From the human T2T-CHM13v2.0 reference genome, Homo sapiens: a stretch of DNA of 64,000 nt. How positions within the stretch are numbered: the first letter of the stretch is position 1; each line of letters opens with the position of its first letter. Position numbers and translations under genes: made by a program. Shown here one piece after another: positions 45,299 through 58,029 of the stretch. The stretch lies in the NCBI RefSeq assembly GCF_009914755.1, contig NC_060931.1; one strand, 5' to 3'. The notes under the pieces are model-generated. The model was given only the letters and a program-made list of their open reading frames with translations, was not told the DNA's origin and searched no databases.

Positions 45299-45785
45299 TG
45301 CTGAGACCAGCTCAGTCGTGGAGACCCCAACCCAGTGGTGCTAGAGGAATGAAGACACAGACACAGAAACAGAGTGCAGAGTGGGATCAGGGGGCTGACA
45401 GCCTTCACAGCTGAGAGCCTTGAACAGAGTTTCACCCACCTATTTATTGACAGTAATCCCGTGATAAATATCTTTTCTGCAGTTTATAGATTAACTAAAA
45501 GTATTCCTTAAGGAGAACAAAGGGACAGGCTCTGGCTTGTTATCTGCAGCAGGAACATGTCCTTAAGGCACAGATTGCTCATGCCATTGTTTGTGGTTTA
45601 GGAACACCTCGAGCGATTTTCCGCCCTGGGTGGGCCAGGTGTTCCTTGCCCTCATTCAGGTAAACCAGCAACCTCCAGCGTGTGTGTCATAACCATCATG
45701 AGCATGTCACAGTGCTGCAGAGATCTTGTTTATGGCCAGTTTCTCATGGCCTGTTTATGGACAGGCTTGGGGCCTGTTCCCAGCA
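45299..45785 (-). mobile_element. MER9 (HERV-K9/HML-3) solo LTR
   Basis: Reverse complement TGCTGGGAACAGGCCCC ... GAGCTGGTCTCAGCA matches MER9 ends; 6-bp TSD acagtg/acaatg. Confidence 0.88.
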
Positions 45786-46442
45786 ACAATGCTTAAATTA
45801 TGAAAGAAAGGGTTGATAAGAGTGGATTAAAATTTAGTGTTTTTGTGTGTATGACAAAAGACATATTTAGAAACCTAAAAATAGGCCACAGACTGTGAAA
45901 AGATCTATGAGATGTGTAGAATCAACAAAGGTTTAGTAACCAGAACATATACATCATTTCTACAAAGCAATAAATTATACTAAATATCCATAGGGACAAC
46001 TGGGAAAAGAATATTAACTAAAAATTCACAGAAGGGCCAGTCCAAATAACCAACAAGCACATGAAAAAATGTAAAACGTAAACTCTGACAGCTGAAAACA
46101 TTCGTGAAATACTGTTTTACCCCTGTCAGATTGGCAAGATCTTGAAGGTCTGATGAGATTAAGGTCTGAAGAGATGCAGACATCCTGAGGCCAAAGCCCC
46201 AGCAAGCTCCACAGGCTCCACCTTGCTCATGGGCAGTTCTTTGAGCTGCACTCGGCCACTCTCCACTCCAGCTGCACTGCCTTCCCTGCTCCTTCCCCAA
46301 CAGGCCCTGGCCTTTGAACTTGCTGCTCCCTCTGCCTGCAACACTCTTTCCTCAGAGAGCCATATGCCTGGCTCCTTCACCTCCTCACCACTTCTGTCTT
46401 GCTTAGATGTAAGGCACTGAGCACTTTAGCACCTTTCCCATG

Positions 46443-46922
46443 TGTGTTAGCCAGGGTTCTCTAGAGAAACAGAATGAATGATGTGTGTGGTGTGTGTGTG
46501 TGTGTGTATGTGTAAGATACTTATTTGAGGAATTGGCCTTCATGATTGTGGAGGCTTGGTGAGACCAAAATCTGATAGGGGAGGCTAGCAGGCTGGAGAC
46601 TCAGGAAAGAATTGCAGTTTAGGTCCAAAGGCAACCTGCTGTAGAACCAGGAAGAGCCAATGTGGCAGATGAAGTCCAAAGGCCATCTGCCAAATGATTC
46701 CTTCTTGCTTGGGGCAGGTAAGCCTTTTATTCTAATCAGGTCTTCAACTGATTGGATGAGGCCCACCCCCACAAGTGAGGGCAATCTGCTTTACTCAGAG
46801 TCCACTGATTTTAATGTAAATCTTATCGCAAAACACCCTCACAGAAACATTTGGAATAATGTTTGCCTAACTATCTAGGCTCCATGACCCAGACAAATTG
46901 ACTCACAAAATTAACCAGCACA
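46443..46922 (-). mobile_element. MLT2 (ERVL) 3' LTR
   Basis: tgtgttagccagggttctctagagaaacagaa ... caactgattggatgaggcccacc ... aaaattaaccagcaca, followed by an antisense PPT-like sequence. Confidence 0.88.
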
Positions 46923-49470
46923 TGTCCTCACCTTATCCATCTGGAATCCATACACTTCTCCATAAATGACACTTAATCTCCCAATTAAAGACAATAACAA
47001 GGTCATAAATCCATCTAACATGATACAACTGTCCTGCATACAACTGATATGCACTAATTCCTTCTCCAGAAAAAGAAATAAAGTCTTTTTATCCTTCTCT
47101 TTGATATCCTGTAACTTAAGTACTATGATGTAAAGTTAACCATACTTAAATATTATAATATAAAATCAATACATCTTTTGTTACATGTTAGAGGGATAAG
47201 AGAGGGAAGAAAACAGAGATATTTTACACACATACATTCATTACAAAGTAAGGAGGAAATACTCATAACAATTATAATCCTCATTCCTGTAACTAGTCAC
47301 GTGGTCATAACTGGTATTGATAACTACCTCCTTTTACCACCCATGCTATTTTCCCTTTACCATCATCAGTGAGCTCAGCTGGTTGTGGTTCTTTATCTGG
47401 GGAGGTGGAGGGTGACCCAGACCTTTATTCCTTAAAAATCTGAGTTATTAGTAGCCCTGCCTGGATTGGGTTGTTGTAATTTTCCATTGACTTTAATCAC
47501 AGGACGTGGCTACACTAAGAGATGCCCTAAGGGATTTCCTGTATTCCATATTCTTTCTTACCTCCATTGTAGAGTAGTAGTCCAATTTCCCCTTGGTAGT
47601 AAGGATCAATCACCCCACCCAATACCAAAACTCCCTTCTTGATGTTGATTGAGAGGCATGAGGAGCCCAAAGTGGCCAGGTGGCATTCTTAACTTCTAGT
47701 TCAATGGAGTCATTGTTGTATCTCCAAGTGGAAGCATTTCTTTTTTTGGAACTAAGACCTCTAGGCCAGCATAAGACCTTGAGGATGCGAAGTAAAAATG
47801 TTGCTAGTGGGTCACTAGGAGTAATAGTGAGTGGTACCACTCCTGTTTCTACCCCTTGATTCCTGGATCCATGAATCTTGGCTATGGGAGAAACAGCATC
47901 ATATATTGGATGCTGATCCGGAGCATATAGAGCCTCCTAGAGAACCTTGCCCCAGTCCTACAAGGTGGTATTGTCACGTAGCTGGTGCTATAACTGAATC
48001 TTCAGAAGGCCATTCCACTTTTCTATCAATTCCGCTCCTTCAGGATGGCAGGGAACATGGTAAGACCAGTGAATTCCATGAACATGGGCCCATTGCCTCA
48101 CTTTTTTTGCTGTGAAGTGAGTTCCTTGGAGTGAGTTCCCGTGAAGTAAGCCTGTATGGAAAATCATGGCAATAGGTAAGGCATTATGTAAGCCCAAGGA
48201 TTGTAGTTTTGGCAAAAGCATTGTGTGCAGGGAAGGCAAATCCGTATTCAGAGTAAGTGTCTATTTTGATAAGAACAAAACACTCCCTCTTTCATGACTG
48301 AAGTGGTCCAATGAAATCAATCTGCCATAGGTAGCTTGCTGATAACCCTGGGGAATGATGCCATATCAGGGACTTGGTATTGGCCTCTGCTGCTAGTAGA
48401 CTGGGCACTCAGTGGTGGCCATAGCCAGATTGGCCTTAGTGAATGGAAGACCATGTTGCTGGGCCCATGTATAATCTCCACCTCTGCCATCATGGCCACT
48501 TTGTTCATCAGCATATTGGATGATGTCAGGGGTGGCTGGGGGAAGAGGCTGACTGGGATCCACAGAATGGGTCATTTTATCCATTTGATGATTATTTTAA
48601 TAAAATCTTCCTCTGCTGAAGTCACCCTTTGGTAAGCATTCATATGGGACTAAATGTCTTCATGTTTTCTTCATGTTTTTCACCCATTCTGAGAAGTCTA
48701 CCCACATACTTCTTCCCAAGACTTCCTTGTTACCAATTTTCTAATCATGTTTCTTCTAGGTCCTTGACCATCCAGCCAAACCATTGGCCACAGCCTATGA
48801 ATTGGTATATAATTATACTTGCCATATCTCCTTTTAAACAGAATGAACAACCAGGTACACTACTTAAAGTTCTGCCCATTGGGAGGATTTTCCTTGACTA
48901 CTGTCCTTCAGAAATGTCCCAGATTGGTGCTATAGTGATGAAGCTGTCCACTTTGGGTAGTGCCTGCATATTGTGCAGAACTATCTGTAAACCAGCTCTG
49001 AGTTTTCTCTTCCTCTGTCAATTCATTGTAGGAAACTCCCCTATGAGGTCATGAGTGCAGATTGGGAGAGAGAAGGCAGTATAGCAGGAGTAGGTATCAT
49101 GGGCATTTGGGCTACTTTTTCATGTAACTTGTGCATTTAGGGCCTACTTAGGCCCAATCTCATATATACCACTTCCATTGGATGATGGAGTCCTTCCGTG
49201 CACACCTGACTTTACTGTATACTCAGGTTGCATGTCAACTTGGTGGCCCATGGCTAAGTGTTCAGTGTCTACTAAGGCCCAGCGGCAGGCCAAAAGCTGT
49301 TTCTCAAAAGGTGACTAGTTATTCATAGACAATAGCAAGGCTTTGCTCCAAAATCTTTAGGGTTTGTACTGTGAGTTATCTATAAGGGCCTGCCAAAGGC
49401 TCCACACAATATCCCATATTGGCTACTGATACCTAAGCACCATTGGAGCTAATAAATTATATGCTCAAAC
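46923..49470 (-). mobile_element. ERVL internal pol remnant (RNase H, integrase, dUTPase region), frameshifted
   Basis: Minus-strand ORFs read THFTAKKVRQWAHVHGIHWSYHVPCHPEGAELIEKWNGLLK (integrase core) and EQSGHDGRGGDYTWAQQHGLP...ECP (decayed integrase N-terminal zinc-binding region). Confidence 0.88.
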
Positions 49471-50026
49471 CATATCAGGATAATGCTGACATAACAGATG
49501 GTCTAGCCTGGAAAATTCTCTATGTGCTTATAAGAAGAAAGTGCATTGTGTAGCTGTTGGAGGAAATGTTCTGTAAACATCTGTTAAGTCCACATGATCT
49601 GTGGTGTAGATTAAGTCCTATGTTTCTTCATTAATTTCCTATCTAGATTATGTGTCCAATGTTGAAACTGGGGTATTAAAGTCTCCACCTATTATTGTAT
49701 TGGGGTCTAGCTCTCTCTTTAGCCCTAATAATATTTGCTTTACCTGTCTGTATTAGGTGCACATACATTTATAGTTATTATACTCTCTTGCTCAGTTGAT
49801 CTATCATTATATAATAACCTTCTTCGTGTCTTTATGTTTTTTATTTAAAGTCTATTTTGTCTGATGTAAGTATAGCTACTCCTGCATGTTTTTGGTTTCT
49901 GTTTGTGTGCGATATGTTTTTTTTAATCCCTTCACTCTCATTCTATGTGCTTTACAGAGGAAGTGAATTTCTTGTAAGCAGCATATAGTTAGGTCTTGTT
50001 TTATATTCCATTCAGCCAGTCTATAC

Positions 50027-50178
50027 CTTTAAATTAGTGAATTTAATCCATTTACATTTAAGGTTGTTACTGATAGATGAACTTACTCCTGTCATTGTTT
50101 TGCTTTAAATTGGTGAATTTAATCCATTTACATTTAAGGTTGTTACTGATAGATGAACTTACTCCTGTCATTGTGTTG
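50027..50178. repeat. 76-bp tandem duplication inside L1
   Basis: 50027-50102 versus 50103-50178, two mismatches. Confidence 0.95.
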
Positions 50179-50205
50179 TTTTTGGATTGTTTTGTATATC
50201 CATTT

Positions 50206-50670
50206 TGTCTCACATGTCCATGTGTAGAGAGTCCACCAACAGGCTTTGTGTGAGCAAGAAGGCTGTTTATTTCACCTGGGTGCAGGTGGGCTGAGTCCGA
50301 AAAAGGAGTCAGCAAAGGGTGGTGGGATTATCATTAGTTCTTATAGGTTCTGGGATAGGCGGTGGAGTTAGGAGCAGTGTTTTGTGGGCAGGGGGTGGAT
50401 CTCACAAAGTACATTCTCAAGGGAGGGGAGAATTACAAAGAACCTTCTTAAGGGTAGGGGAGATTATAAAGAACCTTCTTAAGGGTGGGGGAGATAACAA
50501 AGTACATTGATTAATTAGGGTGGGGCAGAAACAAATCACAATGGTGGAATGTCATCAGTTAAGGCTATTTTCACTTCTTTTGTGGATCTTCAGTTGCTTC
50601 AGGCCATCTGGATGTATATGTGCATGTCACAGGGGATATGATGGCTTAGCTTGAGCTCAGAGGCCTGACA
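50206..50670 (-). mobile_element. HERV-H solo LTR, LTR7B-type
   Basis: Reverse complement TGTCAGGCCTCTGAGCTCAAGCTAAGCCATC...GAAATAAACAGCC; carries type-II CCCTTAAGAAGGTTCTTT repeats; 5-bp TSD cattt/cattg. Confidence 0.9.
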
Positions 50671-52747
50671 CATTGTTCCTTTATTTTACTCTTATTGTTT
50701 ATCCTTGAAATTTGGTGGTTTTCTATAGTAATAACATTTGATTCCTTTCTCATTCTCATTTGTATATCTGCTCTACCAATGAGTTTTGTACTTTGTGCAT
50801 TTTCATGGTGGTAGATACTGTCCTTTCACTTTCACATGTAGGACCCCATTAAGCATTTCTTGTAGGGTTGGTCCAGTGGTAATAGATTACCTCAGTTTTT
50901 GTTTGTATGGGAAAGGCTTTATTTCTTCCTCATTTCTGAAGGATAGTGTTGCTGTGTATAGTATTCTTGGCCAAAAAATTTTTTTTTCCAGTACTTTGAA
51001 TATATCATCCCATTCTCTCCTGACCTGCAAGGTTTCTGCTAATAAAACATGGTGTTAGTCTGATGGAGATTCCTTTATATGTGACTTGAGACTTTTATCT
51101 TGCTGTTTTTAGAATTCTTTCTTTGTCTTTGACTTTTGACAATTTGACTACAATATGTTTCAGAGAAGATGTTTTTGGATTGAATCTATTTGAGAATCTT
51201 GAATTTCCTGTGTCTGAATGTCTACATCTCTCACAATACTTTGGAAGTTTTCAGCTATTATTTATTACATAGATTTTCTGTGACTTTTCCCATCTTGTAT
51301 CTTTCTGGAACTCTCAAAATTCAAGTATTTGTTTACTTTATGGTGTCCCATATGTCATATAGGCTTTCTTTATTCTTAAAAAAGTTTTTTTTATCCAGAC
51401 TGAATTATTTTAAAAGACCTGCCTTCAAGTTCAGAAATTCTTTCTTCTGCTTGATCTAGTCTATTTTTGAAGCTCTTGGTTATATTTTTTTATTTTGTTC
51501 ATGGAATTATTCAGGTCCAGGATTTCCATTTGGTTCCTTTTTTTTATAATATCTATCTCTTTATTGAATTTCTCATTCAGATCATGAATTGTTTTTTCTG
51601 ATTTCTTTGTATTGTCAATCTGTGTTCTCTTTTATATTGTTGATGTTCCTTAAGATCATTATTTTGAATTCCTCTTCAAGCATTCCAATATTTTCTTTTC
51701 TTTGGGATCTGTTACTAGAGAATTATTGAGTTCCTTTGGAGATACTATGTTCCCTTGCTTTTTAATGTTTCTTGTGTTTTTGCACTATGTGCATCTGGTG
51801 TAACAGTTGCTTCTTTCAATTTTATGCATTGGCTTTCACAGGGAAAGACTTTTTTCTGTACACATATCTCTAGTGTTGATTGGGTAGGGTGCTTTGGCTT
51901 TGATTCTGGGTAGGTGCAGTAGTGTAGTCTTCATATGATTTCTTTGGCTGTAATCAATGTCAGTGATGTCTGCAAGTTCCTCAGTGGTTTAGCCTGTGGT
52001 TGTTAGTGAAGGCTGTGGTAAGATTTCCTGGGGATAGAGATACCAAGTGGGCTCACCCTTGGGCCCTGGGTGATGCACATGAGCACCAGTATTGGTGACT
52101 ATGGGCTATGTGGGTCAGTACTCAGTCCTCTGAGTGGCATATACAAACACTGATAGTGGCAGGTGGAGGACCCGAGTAGGCCAGTATTTGGGCTCCCAGG
52201 TGGTGTGTGTTGGCCACAGCAACAGGTTTGGTGGGCCAGTCTTTGGGCCCCTGGATGATATATGTAGCATTGGCAGTGCCAGTAGCAGTGGTGGGCCAGC
52301 CCTTAGACCCCCAAGTGGCATGCATGGGCGCTGGTGGTGGCAGTAGTGGGCTGAGCTGGCTGGAACCTAGGCCCCTGGGCAGTGTGTATAGGTGTCAATG
52401 GCAGCAGTGATAGGCAGGATAAAGTAAATTATTTTACTACTACTTGTTATTTTCAATATTTGGAGTAGTTTCTAGGGTAAACTTTCCTCATACAGAGTTT
52501 ACATTAGCTTCAGATGGACACATAAGTATGATAAAAAGGAAAAGAACCTAAAATGCTCATTTACATGTAATAAAAACACTACAAATTGATACGATTCTTT
52601 GTAGACGGCAGATCATTTTCCAATCATCATTTTGCATATTTTCCCACTTATTTTAAGGACTATGTTATTCTTACTTAATGAAAATATATTTTACAAGAGA
52701 AGTTATTGCCAGATGATGCAAATGTATGTGTGTATGAGGAAATTATG

Positions 52748-53052
52748 GGCTGAACATGGTGGCTCATGTCTGTAATCCTAACACTTTGTGAGGCCAAAGC
52801 CAGAGGATTGCTTGAGGCCAGGAGTTTGAGACCCACCTGGGCAACATAGAGAGACCCCATCTCTACAAAAGATTTTAAAAAATTAGTTGGGCATGGTGGT
52901 GTGTGCCTGTAGTTCTAGATAATCTGGAGGTCGAGGCAGGAGATGACTTGAGCCCAGAAGGTTGAGGATGTAGTGAGCTGTGGTCCCACCACTGCACAAC
53001 AACCTGGGCAACAGAGAGAGACCTTGTCTCTAAAACAGAAAAAAAAGAAAAG
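52748..53052 (+). mobile_element. AluJ
   Basis: J-type dimer; TSD approximately gaaattat. Confidence 0.92.
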
Positions 53053-54169
53053 AAATTATAGGCATATTTTAACAATTTATGTTAAATGTGCTATTTATGT
53101 ATGATGGAGCCACAGATGGAGCCAGATTGTTTTCTTTAAAATTTTCTAAATATACCAAATTCTTTAGAATAAACACTAAACTTCATAATCAGAAAAATAT
53201 AAAGAATGAAGAGGTTATGGCACAGAGTGATCAGATAATGAGTGTAAGCACATTGTGAATTGGCAGCTAAGGGATCTTTGCCCTCTGCTGGAGCAGTTTT
53301 GATGGAGTGGTACCAATCTGTCCCAGTGACTGACTCCTCCCTGGACTCCCACAACATTGTCCTCATGTGTGTCACATTCTTATCTGCTTGCTGCATCTAT
53401 GCCTTTTATTTGTTGTTGTTCAGTCTTTTCATACAAGTGACAAAAAGGATGCTGGAGCAGGCTTGGTGAGAACAGGAAGGGAACCCATCAAGGGGCAGAG
53501 ACACTAGAAAGGGTGTGAAATAACATGAATAACTTTCTGACTTCACCATGGACCATGGAGGGGTGGCCATCCAAGAGGGTGCTGTACGAAGCTTTCATAG
53601 GGAGAGCCACTCTCTTGTAGATCTGCATAGGTAAACCTTCCCAGGTGAGGGCATCATGGCCAGCTTTGCAGTCTTGGAAACTAAGTTTTTAAAGAGAGGA
53701 ACACAGGATCCCTGGTGTAACCCTGTGTGGGAATCACAGCTACTTGCTGATGTACCCTAAAGGGAAAACCTGTGATTATGGTAGAGGGGAGTTTTTTTCC
53801 TCGCAGCGACAGTTTTGCCATGAATTTCCAGGCCTCACTTGATTTCAGGTCAGGGTCTCTTGGGCAATCCAGAAGAAATTGTACAAGGCAGGATGACTGA
53901 ACAGGTACAGCAAATCAGCTCAAAACATATGTCAAACAAGGTGGGGCCTGAATAAATAAATACAGATGAGTAGTTCACTTGGCTGGAGCATACAGTGTGT
54001 TGAGGAGAGTGGCTACAAGTAGAGCTGACTCTGTGGGCTGGAAACAGATTGCAAAGAGCTTGGCACATTAGCTCAAGAGTTTTGGGTTTGACTTGCCTGG
54101 CAGGTGGAAGCCTTTGCAGGGAGAATATTAAATCCAAGCAGCACTATCTATATACTGAAATCGTACCAC

Positions 54170-54370
54170 TTTGCATTTAGGTAATATGTGGAAACTTGCA
54201 AGGTACTTTCTCATTTGTCATCTCATTTGAGTTTTATAAAAATATCCTTGAAGTAGGTAATACCGCTTCTATCTTATGGATTAGGACACTGAGACTCAGA
54301 ATGGTTAAGTGGCCTCTACAGATCTCAGCTAATGCGTGCAGAGCAGAAGGTGAACCAGGTCAGAGTCCAA
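54170..54370 (-). mobile_element. MIR
   Basis: ttatggattaggacactgagactcagaatggttaagtggcc core. Confidence 0.7.
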
Positions 54371-54551
54371 GACCATGGTCATACCCACCACATCATGCTT
54401 CTCTGTTAACTTCACCTGGCACTGGGTGCATCACGAGTCCCACAAATGAAGTTTTCTAGTTTGTCTTCTGTGATATTATTTTCAGAGTATCATGTATACC
54501 ATATATTATATTTGCTTGTATGCTCTAGACATTTCATTGCATTTTATAGGG

Positions 54552-54690
54552 CAATGCTTCCCAAACTTGGCTACTCATTAGAATTACTGTGACATTTGAT
54601 GAATACAGATTTCTAGGATCTTTCCTTTGAGATTCTGATTTAATAGGTGTAGGTTGGGTCCCAGAGATCTGTATTTTTTAAACATCTGAC
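54552..54690 (+). mobile_element. MER5B-like DNA transposon fragment
   Basis: caatgcttcccaaacttggc...gagattctgatttaataggtgtaggttgggtcccagagatctgtattttt. Confidence 0.6.
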
Positions 54691-55046
54691 CATTACTATT
54701 AATTATGAGATTTCCTTCAACTTTGAAACATGCTTATTTAGTATGGTTTCTAACATATCTGACTTCTTGTGGTTCCTAATGGTAAAAAAAAAAAAAATTT
54801 AAGGAACTAAAAGAGATCTCTAGGTTTGTCTCAGAGATGAGGGAACAGGAAGATCCTGGGAAAGTGTTTCTTGTTCTAATCTAGTCTGGGTCTAGAACTT
54901 CAGTAGCTCAAATTCATTGGCGGCAATTTGAGTCAAAAAGAGAATGTCTTTTCTTGCTGTTTTCCTGTCCACTCTGTGTGGGAGTTGAACATTAATGTGT
55001 TGTTTTCTGTCCCAACAGAACAAGCGGGAGCCTGTGTCAGGAAAGC

Positions 55047-55682
55047 ATGTCAGAGCAGAGCTGCCAGATGTCCGAACTGCGGCTCCTCCTCCTGGGAAAA
55101 TGCCGCTCGGGAAAAAGTGCCACAGGAAATGCCATTCTGGGCAAACATGTGTTCAAGTCCAAGTTCAGTGATCAGACAGTGATCAAAATGTGCCAGAGAG
55201 AGAGTTGGGTCCTGAGAGAAAGGAAGGTTGTGGTAATTGACACCCCTGACCTTTTCTCCTCAATAGCTTGTGCTGAAGACAAGCAACGCAACATCCAACA
55301 CTGCTTGGAGCTCTCTGCTCCCAGCCTCCATGCTCTGCTCTTGGTAATTGCCATCGGCCATTTCACAAGGGAGGATGAGGAAACAGCCAAGGGCATCCAA
55401 CAAGTGTTTGGAGCTGAAGCCAGGAGGCACATCATTATTGTCTTCACTCGGAAGGATGATTTGGGGGATGACTTGCTGCAAGATTTCATTGAAAAAAACA
55501 AACCTCTCAAGCAGTTGGTTCAAGACTATGAGGGCCGATACTGCATTTTCAACAACAAGACCAATAGTAAGGATGAGCAGATCACCCAGGTGTTGGAGCT
55601 CCTTCGCAAGGTTGAGTCTTTGGTGAATACGAACGGAGGACCCTATCATGTGAACTTCAAAACTGAAGGCAGCAGGTTTCAA
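55047..55682 (+). CDS. GIMAP8: GIMAP8 coding part of exon 2 (exon starts 55019): residues 1-212, AIG1-type GTPase domain 1
   Basis: MSEQSCQMSELRLLLLGKCRSGKSATGN (P-loop), IDTPD (G3), TRKDDL (G4), FNNK. Acceptor ttttctgtcccaacag at 55018; donor CAA|GTAAGA; 636 nt, phase 0. Confidence 0.97.
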
Positions 55683-55899
55683 GTAAGAATTTTGTTAATA
55701 TCTTGAAAGATCTCTATGTTGCTGAACTAGTGGGATGAAAGTGGGTATAAATAAATGAAATATTGCATTGTGTGATGGAACATGGGTTTTGTTTAATAAG
55801 ATATTTATATATAATTTGCAGGAATAAGAGGTATCAGATTTTAGGGTACTTTAATTATCAGCCTAAGGACTTTAGGCTTTATTAGCAAATTAATGGACA

Positions 55900-56640
55900 A
55901 ATTTAAGCCTTTATCTTACTTGGTCCCTCATATTCTTCAACACACAATGATTTGTTTGACTCTCTCTTCCCCTGACTTCAATATAATTGCCCTCTCCTTG
56001 TTCATTTGTTTTATTTTTCCCTCTTTTTCTGGCTATTCCAAAGATCGCTGAGTCCTTCTCTAATCTCTGACGTCTAAAAATGAACATCCTCAGGGCTTGG
56101 TTCTGGCCTTCCTCAATTCTTTGTACTCTCTTCTCAGATGATCCCACACTTTTATGGCATTGAGCTTCATCTACTACTAACGGTTTTCAAATGAGTAGTA
56201 ACTCTAGTCCAAATCTGTCCTCTGAGTTCTGCCTCCTTTACACAATTGCTGCTTGGGGTCTCCACTTGTCTCTCTTATACTTTCTCACACTTAATATGTC
56301 CAAATTTTTGATTTTCTCTTTTAAATCTATAAGACTTCTCCTTCATGCTTCAGAAAAGGGCTGTGCTGTTCACCATGCTCTTTGTACCCACACCCCAGTG
56401 TCAGCTCTGCTACCCTGGTAGCTCCCCTTGGAGAGCCAAGAAATCATCAGGTCTTGCGGGATCAATATACCCAGAATCCACCTGCTTCTCTCCATCCCAC
56501 TCCCACCACCTGGTCCAAGCCTACATCGTTTCTTGCCTAACCTATTTTAACGTAATGATTTTCTCCTCATGTATTCTTGGGCTGTATCCCACAACCCATC
56601 TCACACATTACAGCCAGGGTGAGATTTTATTTAAGCTTTT
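55900..56640 (+). mobile_element. L2 fragment
   Basis: ctctagtccaaatctgtcctctgagttctg...ccagaatccacctgcttctctccatcccactcccaccacctggtccaagcc. Confidence 0.7.
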
Positions 56641-56847
56641 GATGTGAAAGGAAAATGTATTTGTAACTAAGGAAGATACAAAAATGCAGTCTTTTGCCTT
56701 AGAGGTGCTTACACTTTAACTGGAGTGGCTGATGCATAAGAAACAAAGCACTCCTGGCTGAGTGTGAGGGGGATGCTAGCACAGAGGATTTGGCAAGGGG
56801 AAGCCCCAGAGGGTGTACAGCAGGCACACACTGAGCCTGATGCGTAA

Positions 56848-57072
56848 CATCAGTTACGCATGTCCGTACTATGGAATAAATTCTATCTACTTAAAGAATG
56901 ATGTAGTTCTATCTATATTGACTCCTACAGATGTACAGAATGCATTATTAAGCAGATTGTAGAACATATAACTTAATAAGTCTCCATATGTTCATGTATG
57001 CTTGTATGTATTTGTATGAACATAGAAAAAGTTAGAAGGATATATACCAGTTAACAACTGTTACTTTCTGGT
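56848..57072 (+). repeat. Copy 1 of a ~225-bp dispersed direct duplication
   Basis: Near-identical to 58172-58392 (a few substitutions and two small indels). Confidence 0.95.
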
Positions 57073-58029
57073 CAGAGAGAGACTGCTCAGAGGGAAGAGT
57101 AATAAGCCCAAGCAGCATGGAAATAAGAGAGAAATCATTTACTGAATGCCCACTAAATTCCAGACAAAGACATAAACTAATTAAGTCCTCGTGACAACCC
57201 TATGGACAGATGCTCTACACATGAGGAAACTGAGGCTCAAGAGGGCTGAAGACACTTGCTCTCTTATCTCCTAGCCTGAGTGCTCCCTCCTCTGTGACAA
57301 TCTGTCTCTTCCTTGAGGGCTGCATGGAACAGGGATGTTAATAAAGAGAAGAATGGGTGTGTAGTAAGTTTCCTACAATGAAACCCTCTGGTTTTACATG
57401 CTCCAGTGACTTCCTGCTGATCATAAGGTAAAGTTCAGAACTCTTAATTTGGCTTGACTCCTTGCCCTGTGCTCCGCTGTCTATGCCTTGGTCCTGCTGG
57501 CCTTCCTGTTTGCCCCTGAGTTACACTCACATCCACTCCTGAGCCTCAAGCCTGTGATTCTCTCTGCACTGACACTTGCTCTCCCCCATCCCACCCTGTA
57601 CCAGGTTTGCTTTTATTTCTCCATCTGCATCAGCTAAAAGTCACTTCCTCAGGGAGTCCTCCCTGACCATCCTGGCTCTCAGGCCTTGGAATGAGCCCCA
57701 CAGCTTCCTTTCCTCATGGCAATGTCACCACCACATCAAGTGATTTCACTGGTTGTCTACCTACCCACTCCATGAGGGCAGAAGAAATCATATCTGTTTT
57801 GTTGACTATAGCATCTCAGTTTTGTCTTCTGTAAAGCAGAGATAATAATCACATGTATGTCAGGAATTGCTGTGAGAATTAAATGAAATGCTTACAAAGT
57901 CGTTAACAAATGCTTGAAACTTGGTAGGTGTTCAGTAATGCTGTTATTATGATGATGATGAAAATGCCTGAGGATTAAATAAATTAAGGAATCATTAAGA
58001 ACTTTAACAGCCCAGAGACTGAGTTAGAG

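Larger units (their letters stand above)
49495..52415 (-). mobile_element. Old L1M 5' portion (ORF2 start, ORF1, 5' UTR) interrupted by an LTR7-family LTR
   Basis: Antisense endonuclease-region and ORF1-region sequence (gtattaaagtctccacctattattgtattgggg; tcccattctctcctgacctgcaaggtttctgct), then a GC-richer 5' UTR-like part. Confidence 0.8.

Noticed and set aside
45552-45710. p53 half-sites GAACATGTCC and GAGCATGTCA in MER9
   Set aside because: Isolated half-sites ~140 bp apart, not a paired response element.
47610-48584. Integrase-like ORFs as a domesticated retroviral gene
   Set aside because: Split over several frames with stops and decayed zinc-binding and catalytic motifs; an ordinary ERVL fossil.
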